In this document: positions 7,210 through 16,289 of the stretch, one piece after another | How positions within the stretch are numbered: position 1 is the stretch's first letter | Layout of the letters: every line of letters starts with the position of its first letter | Origin: an uncultured Candidatus Melainabacteria bacterium | GTDB taxonomy: Bacteria > Cyanobacteriota > Vampirovibrionia > Gastranaerophilales > Gastranaerophilaceae | Assembly (NCBI GenBank): GCA_934754855.1 | Contig: CAKVJR010000001.1 | Location: 1 to 39,271 of the forward strand | Direction of reading: 5' to 3' | Length of the DNA stretch: 39,271 bases | Translations under genes and position numbers: made by a program | The notes under the pieces: model-generated | Told to the model about the DNA's origin: nothing | The model's database searches: none | Seen by the model: the letters and a program-made list of their open reading frames with translations, nothing else

Positions 7210-7749
7210 TTATAACCCTGCGGAAACGGCTCCGCTTGTCCCCATCACGTCAAGTGATGTAATGATTTGGGTTTTCAAAGTTGTTGCTTTATTCATGTAT
7301 TGTGCATAAATATAGTCGTAACGGTTTGAATATTCATCGACAACGCTCTTTGTATTATCATTTCCGCCAAGTTGTGCTTGGAGTTCATCGAGTCGGTCTT
7401 TGATATTGTCCATAACGACTGTCAATTCATCATCTTGCGATACATAAAGTCCTAAGTCTTGTGCAAGTTGAATTGCATCTGCGATAATCTGTTTATCATA
7501 ATAAGTTTGAGCATTTTGCTCAGATTCCGTTTGTTGTGTTTTTTCCGCTTCTTTAGCATCAATTGCTGCAAGTGCTTCTTCCTCGGAGTTAATACCTTCC
7601 GTATTGATATCAAGTTCGTCCATACGACGCAATGTCATTGCTGATAAGGAATTTAATATGTTCGTTGTCGTTGAAATTGCAAGTTGATTTGCGGCAATCG
7701 TATTTATTTCGCTTATTTTATCAACCATTTTTTCTACCTCATAACTCAT
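7210..7749 (-). CDS. hypothetical acidic, predicted all-helical protein
   Basis: 179-aa ORF with its own terminator. Asp/Glu/Gln-rich heptad-like sequence, no signal peptide or TM segment. No family recognised. Confidence 0.6.
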   Translation of the reverse strand: MSYEVEKMVDKISEINTIAANQLAISTTTNILNSLSAMTLRRMDELDINTEGINSEEEALAAIDAKEAEKTQQTESEQNAQTYYDKQIIADAIQLAQDLGLYVSQDDELTVVMDNIKDRLDELQAQLGGNDNTKSVVDEYSNRYDYIYAQYMNKATTLKTQIITSLDVMGTSGAVSAGL

Positions 7750-8021
7750 TCTATATGTCGTAATTTTTTATTGAAAACTTTAGGAAAAATTTGTCAATGT
7801 GAATTTTTGTTAAATCGAATTTTTTTTACAATCAAAACTCTCTTATCATAGAAATATTTTTTAATTGCGGGAGATTTCGGGGTTAATTGTTTTTTTAATT
7901 TTATATTCGTTATGTAAAAAAAATATTAATAATATCTCAAGATGCTTTTAAATACTGAATGTTTGAAGTATTATAGAAATAAGTAAAAATTTTAAATTGA
8001 TTTGAATTGAAAGAATAGTAC

Positions 8022-9548
8022 ATGGGTAAATATTTAGCGACTTTATTGACGGTCTTAATGGTTGCAGGCAGGGCGGAAGCAGCATCAGCGGTAAACAATT
8101 TCGTAGAAACTTACGTTGCGAGCGTAACAGAAGCGATTGCAAGCATTATTTTTACCCCCGTAAATATTTTCGGTGCGGAAGTTCCGATTATTATTTTGTG
8201 GATTTTATTTGCCGGAATTTTCTTTACGGTTTACCTCAAAGGGCTTCCCATTTGGGGCTTTAAGCATTCTTTAAAGTTGATATCGGATTCGAGAAAAGAA
8301 AGCGAAGGCGACGGTGAAGTTTCGACATTTCAGGCTTTATCGACGGCACTTTCGGGAACAATCGGAATGGGCAGTATTGCAGGTGTTGCAATTGCTATTT
8401 CAATCGGTGGTCCGGGGGCAACTTTTTGGATTTTAGTCGGTGCGATTTTCGGCATGTCGTTGAAATTTACCGAAGCGACGGCGGCTTTGATATACAGAAC
8501 TTTCAACCTCGACGGTTCTGTTTCGGGCGGTCCCATGCACTATATGGCTCACGGTTTGACGAGAAAAAGATTGCGTTGGCTCGGTCAGCCGTTGTCTGTA
8601 CTTTTTGCGATTTTGTTTATCGGTTCATCGTTCAGCGGCGGAAACCTTATCCAAATTAACCAAACAACTCAACTTGCGATTAAAATGACAGGCGGTGAGA
8701 GCAGTTGGTTATTTACGCACGCTTGGGTAATGGGGCTTGCGGTTGCGATTGTTGTCGGATTAATCACAATCGGTGGTATTAAAAGTATAGGTCGTGCAAC
8801 GGAAAAAATCGTTCCTTTTATGTGCTGTTTGTACGTTTTAGGGGCTTTGGCAGTCGTTGCATTCAATTATCAATACATTCCGCATGCAATCGGTGTTATT
8901 TTGAAACAGGCATTTTTCCCTGAATCGGTTGTGGGCGGTATTTTCGGAACAATTATCATCGGGTTAAGACGATCCGTTCAAACGAACGAAGCGGGTACAG
9001 GTTCTGCCCCGATTGTTTATGCGGCTACAAAAACAAAAGACAACGTTGCTCCGGGGTTTGTATCTTTGATGGAACCTTTGGTTTGTGCGATGATGTGCTG
9101 TTTAACGGCGTTTGTCGTCACTGTTACCAATGTTTACCATTGTGAACCCGGAAAAATTACGGGTATTGAAATGGTTTCCGATGCTTTTGCAAAAGTCATG
9201 CCGTTTTTCCCGAAAATATTATTGGTTGTCGTTTTGTTATTTGCATTTTCGACAATTATTTCTTGGGCATATTATGGCTTAAAATGTTGGAATTTCTTGT
9301 TTGGCGAAGACAAACGATATGAAATTTTATTCCATGTTTTGTATCTGATAATTATCGTAATCGGCTCGGAATTAGATGTTAAGAGCGTTATCAACATTGT
9401 AGATGCGATGATGATATTCACCTCTGTTCCGAACATTATTGCGTTGTATATTTTGGCACCTGAAATCAAAGATCAGTTGATAAAATATTGCGTAAAATAT
9501 AACATTTCCTCACCGCTTGTAAAGAAAACGGTAAAGGAAAATTCATAA
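8022..9548 (+). CDS. agcS: alanine/glycine:cation symporter (AGCS family)
   Basis: 508 aa, multi-TM. Family signature FQALSTALSGTIGMGSIAGVAIAISIGGPGATFWILVGAIFGMSLKFTE. Confidence 0.93.
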   Translation: MGKYLATLLTVLMVAGRAEAASAVNNFVETYVASVTEAIASIIFTPVNIFGAEVPIIILWILFAGIFFTVYLKGLPIWGFKHSLKLISDSRKESEGDGEVSTFQALSTALSGTIGMGSIAGVAIAISIGGPGATFWILVGAIFGMSLKFTEATAALIYRTFNLDGSVSGGPMHYMAHGLTRKRLRWLGQPLSVLFAILFIGSSFSGGNLIQINQTTQLAIKMTGGESSWLFTHAWVMGLAVAIVVGLITIGGIKSIGRATEKIVPFMCCLYVLGALAVVAFNYQYIPHAIGVILKQAFFPESVVGGIFGTIIIGLRRSVQTNEAGTGSAPIVYAATKTKDNVAPGFVSLMEPLVCAMMCCLTAFVVTVTNVYHCEPGKITGIEMVSDAFAKVMPFFPKILLVVVLLFAFSTIISWAYYGLKCWNFLFGEDKRYEILFHVLYLIIIVIGSELDVKSVINIVDAMMIFTSVPNIIALYILAPEIKDQLIKYCVKYNISSPLVKKTVKENS

Positions 9549-9634
9549 AATCTTAAAAAATGGAAATTTATTATAGAAATTTGTTTTTTAGGATATATAA
9601 TTAGAGTGAAATCTGTATGGAGCGAAAATAATAA

Positions 9635-10708
9635 ATGTTAATAGAAGAACTACTTGAATTAACTGTAAAAGAAAAGGCGAGTGACTTGCACGTTTCTGCG
9701 AATTTGCCGCCTGTAATTCGTGTCAGCGGTAATCTTGTGAGAACCGATTATCCGCCGTTGACGCCTGAAGAAGTAGAGGCTTTGTTGTTCCCGATGTTGA
9801 GCAACGAGCAAAGAAGAACACTTGAACAAGTTTGGGAACTCGATATGTCTTACGGTATTCACGGTTTAGGCAGATTCCGGGTTAACATTTACAAAGATAA
9901 AGGTAATTATGCGGCTGCTTTCCGTACGATTAACAGTGTTGCACCTAAGTTTGAGGACCTTGGACTTCCTCCGATTGTAAGAAAAATTACGGAACGTCCG
10001 AGAGGCTTGATTTTGGTAACAGGTCCGACAGGTTCAGGTAAATCAACGACACTTGCTTCAATGATTGACCACATCAACGAAACAAGAGCAGAACACATTT
10101 TGATTATTGAAGACCCGACAGAATTTGTACACCAATCAAAGAAAAGTATCGTTCACCAAAGAGAATTGGGGCAAGATACAAGATCATTTTCAAACGCACT
10201 TCGTTCAGCACTTCGTGAAGATCCGGACATCATTCTGGTCGGCGAAATGCGTGACCTTGAAACTATCCAGTTAGCAATGACTGCGGCAGAAACAGGTCAC
10301 TTGGTTATGGGTACACTTCACACCTCATCGGCTTCGCAAACTATCGACCGTATCATCGACGTTTTCCCTGAAGCACAACAACAACAAGTTAAAATCCAAC
10401 TTTCAAGTTCTTTGATTGCTGTATTCTCACAAACTTTGTTGACAAAACTCAATCCCGACGGAACTAAGAGCGGTCGTGTTATGGCTCAGGAAATCATGGT
10501 CGTTAACTCCGCTATCGCTAACCTTATCAGAGAAGGTAAAACGGCACAAATCTACTCTGCAATCCAAACAGGGGCTCAATTTGGTATGCAAACTCTTGAA
10601 ATTGCGTTGAAAGATTTGTATAAAGCGGGCAAAGTCACAATGGAAGATGCTTTGCAAAAATCACAAAGACCTGATGAATTTAAGCGTCTTGCAAATATTA
10701 CAAGATAA
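9635..10708 (+). CDS. pilT: type IV pilus retraction ATPase PilT
   Basis: 357 aa. Walker A GPTGSGKST, Walker B ILIIEDPTEF, His box GHLVMGTLHT, and PilT-specific AIANLIREGK motif. Confidence 0.95.
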   Translation: MLIEELLELTVKEKASDLHVSANLPPVIRVSGNLVRTDYPPLTPEEVEALLFPMLSNEQRRTLEQVWELDMSYGIHGLGRFRVNIYKDKGNYAAAFRTINSVAPKFEDLGLPPIVRKITERPRGLILVTGPTGSGKSTTLASMIDHINETRAEHILIIEDPTEFVHQSKKSIVHQRELGQDTRSFSNALRSALREDPDIILVGEMRDLETIQLAMTAAETGHLVMGTLHTSSASQTIDRIIDVFPEAQQQQVKIQLSSSLIAVFSQTLLTKLNPDGTKSGRVMAQEIMVVNSAIANLIREGKTAQIYSAIQTGAQFGMQTLEIALKDLYKAGKVTMEDALQKSQRPDEFKRLANITR

Positions 10709-10724
10709 TAAATTTACTCAATAC

Positions 10725-10757
10725 AAAAAACGACTGCATTTGCGGTCGTTTTTTTTT
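10725..10757. terminator. bidirectional rho-independent terminator between pilT and mlaE
   Basis: Stem ACGACTGC (10730-10737) / GCGGTCGT (10742-10749), flanked by an A-run upstream and a T9 run downstream. Confidence 0.75.
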
Positions 10758-10771
10758 GTGAAAATTTTTGA

Positions 10772-11503
10772 TTAAAAATAAAATAACAAAGCCACGATTA
10801 AATCGGCTGTAAGCAAGAATACGGTTGCGTTTATGGCTGCTTTTGTTGTGGAAATACCGACATTTTTAGCACCGCCTTCGGTGTTGTAACCTTGTGTTGC
10901 ACAGACCGTTGTTATGATTATGCCGAACAAAAATCCTTTAAACACACTGACCATAAGGTCTTTGACCTGTATCCAAAGCCAAACCGAGGTCATATATCTT
11001 GCTGGGTGAAGTCCGATTGTGAGGTATGAAACGAGCATGCCGCCTAATATTCCGCACAATTCAGCCAAAATAATTACGCAAGGAACAGTGATTGCTGCTC
11101 CTAAAATTCTTGGGGCAAAGTAGTAGCCGATGGGGTCAACTTTCATGGTTTTAATTGCATCGACTTGAGAGGTGACTTTCATGTTCGCAATTTCCGCACT
11201 GACGGCAGTACCTGCACGGGCTGAAATCGCAAGTGCCGCAAATCCCGGTGCGAGTTCTCTGATTAGGGCAACCGCCATAAAGCCGCCGACGTAACTGTCC
11301 CCGCCCGAGAGCAAAAATTGTTTTGAAATTTGCAGAGAGATTACGGCAGATGCAATAAATACGATGGCGAGTGCTATCGGAATCGAATCGTAGCCGATTG
11401 CAGTTGCACTTGATAAAACCGCACAAAATCTGACTCGCCCGTCAAGCATGTACTTGATTGCGATAATCAGATTTTGAATGCATTGACCTAAAAAATTAAT
11501 CAT
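10772..11503 (-). CDS. mlaE: MlaE/TGD1-type lipid ABC transporter permease
   Basis: 243 aa. Typical MlaE core IRELAPGFAALAISARAGTAVSAEIANMKVTSQVDAIKTMKVDPIGYYFAPRILG. Overlaps the ilvE stop by 8 nt. No MlaF or MlaD gene adjacent. Confidence 0.9.
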   Translation of the reverse strand: MINFLGQCIQNLIIAIKYMLDGRVRFCAVLSSATAIGYDSIPIALAIVFIASAVISLQISKQFLLSGGDSYVGGFMAVALIRELAPGFAALAISARAGTAVSAEIANMKVTSQVDAIKTMKVDPIGYYFAPRILGAAITVPCVIILAELCGILGGMLVSYLTIGLHPARYMTSVWLWIQVKDLMVSVFKGFLFGIIITTVCATQGYNTEGGAKNVGISTTKAAINATVFLLTADLIVALLFYF

Positions 11504-12419
11504 AAATTGGAGTGCACCATTTTTTGTATTTTGCGACTTTGCCTTTTACGACATCAAAGTACAATTTTTGAATTTTCTTCGCAATTTCACCGACTTTTCC
11601 GTCGCCGACAGGGCGATTATCAATTTCGGTAATCGGGCTGATTTGGGCACCTGTTCCACAATAGAACGCTTCATCAGAGATGTAAAGTTCTGTTCTGTCA
11701 ACAGGACGTTCAACCGTTTCAATTCCCAATTCTTCCCTTGCAATCTCAATAACGGTGTTTCTTGTAACCCCGATTAAAATGTTATCGGTAATGTTTGATG
11801 TAACCAATTTTCCGTTTTGAACGAGAAATAAATTCATTGCGGAACCTTCTGTCACGTGACCGTCAGGTCCGAGAACGATTGCATCGTCAAAGCCCATTGC
11901 TTTTGCGTCGGAAACGATGAGAGCAGTATTTGCATAACAACCGCTGATTTTTGCACGAGGCGGAATAGCATTGTCATCAGAGCGTTTCCAAGATGAAACG
12001 CAAACTTTTAAACCTTTTTCCAAATCACAATAATCGCCCAATTTCAAAGTTAACATCATCAAACCGTCGGGCATGCCGAGAACACTCGGGCAAACGCTTT
12101 GAGCCTTTTTGTAAATTTGCGGACGCATATATGCATCACAGTGATAATTACTTTTTTTGAAAGTTTCTTTCGCAATTTCGCAAAGTTCTTCGACTGTTTT
12201 GCCGGAAGTCATACGCATAATTTTTCCGCTGTTTTCAAGTCTTTCAAAGTGTTCTTTCATTCTGAACGCATAAAGTTGGTTTTCTTCTTCGTTGTAATAG
12301 GCTCTAATGCCTTCAAATACTGAAGTTCCGTATAAAAACGAATGGTTCATAACGGAAATTACGGCGTCTTGTGATTTTACAAATTCACCGTCAATATAGT
12401 AATATTCTTGTTCTGACAT
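11496..12419 (-). CDS. ilvE: branched-chain amino acid aminotransferase (class IV)
   Basis: 307 aa. Motifs FEGIRAY, PRAKISGCYANTALIVSDAKAMGFDDAIVL and ILIGVTRNTVIEIA. Confidence 0.93.
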   Translation of the reverse strand: MSEQEYYYIDGEFVKSQDAVISVMNHSFLYGTSVFEGIRAYYNEEENQLYAFRMKEHFERLENSGKIMRMTSGKTVEELCEIAKETFKKSNYHCDAYMRPQIYKKAQSVCPSVLGMPDGLMMLTLKLGDYCDLEKGLKVCVSSWKRSDDNAIPPRAKISGCYANTALIVSDAKAMGFDDAIVLGPDGHVTEGSAMNLFLVQNGKLVTSNITDNILIGVTRNTVIEIAREELGIETVERPVDRTELYISDEAFYCGTGAQISPITEIDNRPVGDGKVGEIAKKIQKLYFDVVKGKVAKYKKWCTPIYD

Positions 12420-12475
12420 AATTTTCTCCGATTGTTAATTATAGAACAATTTTATCATATTTTTTAAAAAATGGT

Positions 12476-14230
12476 TTATTCTTTATTTTGTCGGTCGAAA
12501 AATTTTGCAACGTCCGAGGTGGAAATAAAGTGACAAATCGGTCTGCCGTGAGGGCAAACTTGGGGATTTTTTGTGGATTTCCAACGCTTGATTAATTCTT
12601 CCGCCTGCCAAATCGAAAGTTGCTCGCCCGCTTTTACCGCCGCTTTGCAGGAAGTTGTCACGAGGATTTTTTCCTCAAGCCCGTCTAACGAACCGTTAAT
12701 GCTTGCTAAAAGTTCCGCTGCAAGTTCTTTTTGGCTTACTCTTGAAAGGAGTTGCGGTACTCTTTTGAACTTGATTTGAGTTGAGGAAACAGCCTCGATT
12801 TCATATCCGAAATTATTTAATTTTTCTTTCGCCTGTTGCAAAATAGCGACTTCTTCCGCCTCAAGGTCAACAATTTCACTGACTAAGAGCATTTGCGAAT
12901 TAATTTCTTTTTGAGATTTTAATTTTTCAAAAAGATACCGCTCATCTGCAATGTGTTGGTCAACAATTTCAAGCCCTGCTTGGGTTTCAATCAAAATATA
13001 GGTGTTTTTGAATTGACCGATTATTTTAAAATCATTTTCAACGGGCTGCTGTATTTGGAATGTAGTCGGCGTCAAAAGAGGTTGCTGCTCGCTAATCGGA
13101 GTAATGGTTTTGGGATTTACCGTCGGAAAAGTCGGCATTTTTGACTCGGAAATATAGTAACTGTCGTCATTTTCGGTAACTTGTTCGGGCTTTGAAGTAA
13201 AGGGTAAAACATTGCCCGACGGTTGCGAAAATTGCTGATAAGTGTTTGATGATAAGGCTTTGTCGATTGCGGAAATTACAAAATTGAAAATCAAATTCGG
13301 TTCTCTCCAACGAATTTCCCTCTTTGTCGGGTGAGCGTTAACATCGATGTCGTGCGGATTTATGTCGATTTTTAAAATCACGAACGGATATTTTCCGTTT
13401 GGCAAAAGATTTTTGTAAGCCATATCGATTGCTTTTAAAATCACGGGACACTTTACGGGACGGTCGTTTACATATATTCTTATTGATTTTTTGCTCGAAC
13501 GGGTGTACGACGGGTCGGACACATAGCCTGAAATTCTTATGTCAGCTTTGTTATCAACCTTTTCAAGTTCGTGAAGTTCTTTTGATAAATCAAGAGAATA
13601 TATGTCCTCAATTCTGTCTAAAAGGGTTGAATTTCCTCTCGTTTGAATAACTTTTGAACCGTTGTGGAAAAGGGTGAAAGCGATATTCGGATTGGCAAGT
13701 GCCGCAGAGGTTATGACCTCTTGAATGTATGAAAATTCAGTCTTGTCGGATTTTAAAAATTTTAATCTTGCAGGTTGGGTTGAAAAAATGTTTTCAATCT
13801 CCATAATCGTTCCGAGAGCACAGCCTGTTTCGGTTTTGGACACTTCGGAATTTTCGGCGATAATTTTTACCCCGTAATCAAAGTCTTTTGTCCTTGAAAT
13901 GCAGGTGACTTTTGCGATTGAGCAAATACTTGCGAGTGCTTCTCCCCGAAAACCGAGAGTGTGAATGTTCCAGAGGTCTTTTTCGTCTGAAATTTTGCTT
14001 GTTGCGTGCTTTGCAAAAGCGACATACACATCGTCGGGGTGGATACCGCAACCGTTATCGGCAATTCTGATGTTTCGGCATTCATTTGTTACTGAAATTT
14101 CAATTTTTGAACTGCCTGCGTCAATTGAATTTTCAACAAGTTCTTTCACAACGGAAGATGGACGTTCGATGACTTCACCCGCTGCAATCTGATTTATTAA
14201 ATTTACCGAAAGTTGTTTAATTCTTGCCAT
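12476..14230 (-). CDS. mutL: DNA mismatch repair endonuclease MutL
   Basis: 584 aa. GHKL ATPase N-terminus IAAGEVIERPSSVVKELVENSIDAG. C-terminal endonuclease motif DQHIADERYLFE (DQHAxxExxxxE type), plus SCK and CPHGRP motifs. Confidence 0.96.
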   Translation of the reverse strand: MARIKQLSVNLINQIAAGEVIERPSSVVKELVENSIDAGSSKIEISVTNECRNIRIADNGCGIHPDDVYVAFAKHATSKISDEKDLWNIHTLGFRGEALASICSIAKVTCISRTKDFDYGVKIIAENSEVSKTETGCALGTIMEIENIFSTQPARLKFLKSDKTEFSYIQEVITSAALANPNIAFTLFHNGSKVIQTRGNSTLLDRIEDIYSLDLSKELHELEKVDNKADIRISGYVSDPSYTRSSKKSIRIYVNDRPVKCPVILKAIDMAYKNLLPNGKYPFVILKIDINPHDIDVNAHPTKREIRWREPNLIFNFVISAIDKALSSNTYQQFSQPSGNVLPFTSKPEQVTENDDSYYISESKMPTFPTVNPKTITPISEQQPLLTPTTFQIQQPVENDFKIIGQFKNTYILIETQAGLEIVDQHIADERYLFEKLKSQKEINSQMLLVSEIVDLEAEEVAILQQAKEKLNNFGYEIEAVSSTQIKFKRVPQLLSRVSQKELAAELLASINGSLDGLEEKILVTTSCKAAVKAGEQLSIWQAEELIKRWKSTKNPQVCPHGRPICHFISTSDVAKFFDRQNKE

Positions 14231-14262
14231 AAAAATATTTTAATACAAAAGAAAAGGCATGT

Positions 14263-14454
14263 TTAATTGAAATGATTTTTTCTTATTTCGTCAACTCTGA
14301 TAAGGCATTTTTCGATATTTTGTTTTGAAAATTCGTACCTTATTGTTTCTCCGGTTTTTGTGAAAACAGAAACGAAATCGAGGTTTTGCAAAAGCCAAAC
14401 GCCGATATAGAGGCAAAAAATTATAATAATTAATTTGCAAATTCGTCTAATCAC
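14263..14454 (-). CDS. possible small membrane protein
   Basis: 63-aa ORF directly upstream of mutL on the same strand. One hydrophobic helix LIIIIFCLYIGVWLL. No family support. Confidence 0.3.
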   Translation of the reverse strand: MIRRICKLIIIIFCLYIGVWLLQNLDFVSVFTKTGETIRYEFSKQNIEKCLIRVDEIRKNHFN

Positions 14455-14620
14455 AATTAAACCTTTCTCTGTTTATTATAATTCAAATTGTCGAAAAATT
14501 TTACAAATAAAAAAATCCACCGAAAAGATGAGAAATGACCTTAATGAAAAATGTTGAAAAAAGTTGTATTTATGGAGTTCTACGGTATTTTTGAATAAAA
14601 ATTATAATTGTAAATTTTTG

Positions 14621-14649
14621 TTGACTATTTTGATGATTTGGTACATAAT
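14621..14649 (+). promoter_or_regulatory. sigma70-like promoter of the SLH-protein gene
   Basis: TTGACT (14621-14626), 17 nt, CATAAT (14644-14649). GGAG RBS lies before the ATG at 14690. Confidence 0.5.
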
Positions 14650-14689
14650 TACTAAGGAAAATTATCGAATAGTATAGGAGATAAACTCA

Positions 14690-16117
14690 ATGAACAACTT
14701 TAAAAAGTTATTAACAGCAGCAGTTATCACGGGTAGTGTTTCTCTCGTAGCAAGTGCTGCAGACACACAAGTCGAAACTTATGCTCACCCGACTTTGTTT
14801 GGTTCACAAGCAAATACTTATGCAACAACAAAAGCTAACTATGTTGTAGGCGGTGAAGTAGCACAAACAACAAAAACAGCAGTAGCAGGCAAATCAAACG
14901 TTTTGATTGATTCAATGGCTTCAGATGTTTTGAATACAGTTAAAAAAGCACAATACAATTGTGGCGATTGGGATACAAAGATGCCCGTACTTCGTTCAGA
15001 ATTGGCAGTAATTTTGGCTGAAAGTTTTGCATCAGGCAGACAAGTTTCAACTAAAAAAGCATACAGCGACGTAACAAAAGATTACTGGGCAGAAGCATGG
15101 ATTGAAACTGCACAAGATACAGGCTTGATGATCGGTTATCCCGATAACAAATTCAGACCTGATCAAAGAGTTACAAAAGCAGAAGTATTCGCAACAATTG
15201 CACAAATCGTTGACGTAAATACTAACGGTGTTGACGTTGTTCTCAACAACCAAGAAATTCAATACATTCCGCTTTGGGCTGTAAAGGCTGCAAAAGAAAC
15301 TGTTGGTTCAGGTTTGCTTTCAGAAGTTCCAGATCAAAAGAAAGTTATTGAAGACGAATATTTGACAAAAGAACAAGTTGCATACTTGGTAAGTGCATTG
15401 AAAACATACTTGGCATCAGGCAAGTTGTCAGTTGACGCAAATGCTCCTCAAGTTTGCAAAGATTTCGCAAACTCGACAATTGCAATGAAGATGAACAGCA
15501 GAGTAAGTGCTAAGCACTCAAATGTTGATGAATTGTTCACTGCAAGAACAACTAAAGAAGTTACTGTTGCAGGCGAAACATACGCAGTAGGTTCAACAGT
15601 TACAGGTCGTGTAATGGAAGTTAAACGCCCCGGCTTGAACCACCCCGGTTATGTTAAAGTAAGATTTGAAAAAATCAAAAATAAAGCAACAGGCAAAACA
15701 GTTGAATTACCTGAAAAAACAGCAGGTGCAGAAGTTGTTGGACAACTTAAAAACCCGAACATCGTTGCAAGAGTTCTTGGTGCTCCGTTCTCAGCAGCAG
15801 CAAGAGTTTGCGGCGTAGCAGGTCGTTCAGGTGCACAAGCAGTTAACGTAGCAGCAAACAGAGTTGAAGAATTCGGAGATGATGTTTCAGATGTTATGGT
15901 TGAACCTATGACAGGTCACCTCGGCTCAGGTTTGAAGAGTGGCGGAAACGGCATTGTTTCATTGGGCAAAGGTGTTTACGAAATCGGTAAAACAGCAGTT
16001 AGCGGTACATTCGGTATCGTAAACGAAGTTACTGATGAAGTTGTTTACCTCGTTTACCCGAAAGCATCTAACAATGCAGCATTGAACCCGAACGAAGAAA
16101 TCATCGTTTCATTCTAA
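14690..16117 (+). CDS. SLH-domain envelope protein (OmpM/Slp-like outer-membrane tether candidate)
   Basis: Signal peptide MNNFKKLLTAAVITGSVSLVASA. SLH motif YSDVTKDYWAEAWIETAQDTGLMIGYPDNKFRPDQRVTKAEVFATIAQIV. C-terminal ...IIVSF ends in Phe as in OMPs. Monocistronic, with its own promoter and strong terminator. Confidence 0.8.
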   Translation: MNNFKKLLTAAVITGSVSLVASAADTQVETYAHPTLFGSQANTYATTKANYVVGGEVAQTTKTAVAGKSNVLIDSMASDVLNTVKKAQYNCGDWDTKMPVLRSELAVILAESFASGRQVSTKKAYSDVTKDYWAEAWIETAQDTGLMIGYPDNKFRPDQRVTKAEVFATIAQIVDVNTNGVDVVLNNQEIQYIPLWAVKAAKETVGSGLLSEVPDQKKVIEDEYLTKEQVAYLVSALKTYLASGKLSVDANAPQVCKDFANSTIAMKMNSRVSAKHSNVDELFTARTTKEVTVAGETYAVGSTVTGRVMEVKRPGLNHPGYVKVRFEKIKNKATGKTVELPEKTAGAEVVGQLKNPNIVARVLGAPFSAAARVCGVAGRSGAQAVNVAANRVEEFGDDVSDVMVEPMTGHLGSGLKSGGNGIVSLGKGVYEIGKTAVSGTFGIVNEVTDEVVYLVYPKASNNAALNPNEEIIVSF

Positions 16118-16142
16118 TTCTGCAAAGATGAATTTTAAAAAG

Positions 16143-16170
16143 GCGGACGGATTTATCTGTCCGCTTTTTT
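16143..16170 (+). terminator. rho-independent terminator after the SLH gene
   Basis: GCGGACGGA (16143-16151) pairs with TCTGTCCGC (16156-16164), then TTTTTT. Confidence 0.85.
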
Positions 16171-16289
16171 GTTGTATAATTTTGAAGTCATTAATTTTAA
16201 TATGCTTGCCGCCCGAAAGGTGATGAAAATTGCGAGTTATTGTTAAAAAATCATGTCAAAAGTTCAAATAATTTCTGAAAAGAGGGCAA

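Noticed and set aside
7210-7749. Faint resemblance of the 179-aa protein termini (EINTIAANQLAIS..., ...TLKTQIITSL) to flagellin N- and C-terminal helices. Similarly, MGLQINPSKL at 4992 resembles flagellin-like N-termini.
   Set aside because: The protein is too short. It lacks the RLSSGxRIN and LAQAN-type core motifs, and no flagellar genes are nearby. The resemblance is within what coiled-coil-like sequences give by chance and needs HMM confirmation before any claim.
7750-8021. Glycine riboswitch or other leader upstream of the AGCS transporter
   Set aside because: The region is extremely AT-rich and has none of the conserved GGAGAG...CACCG/ACCGAAGG-type glycine aptamer strings.
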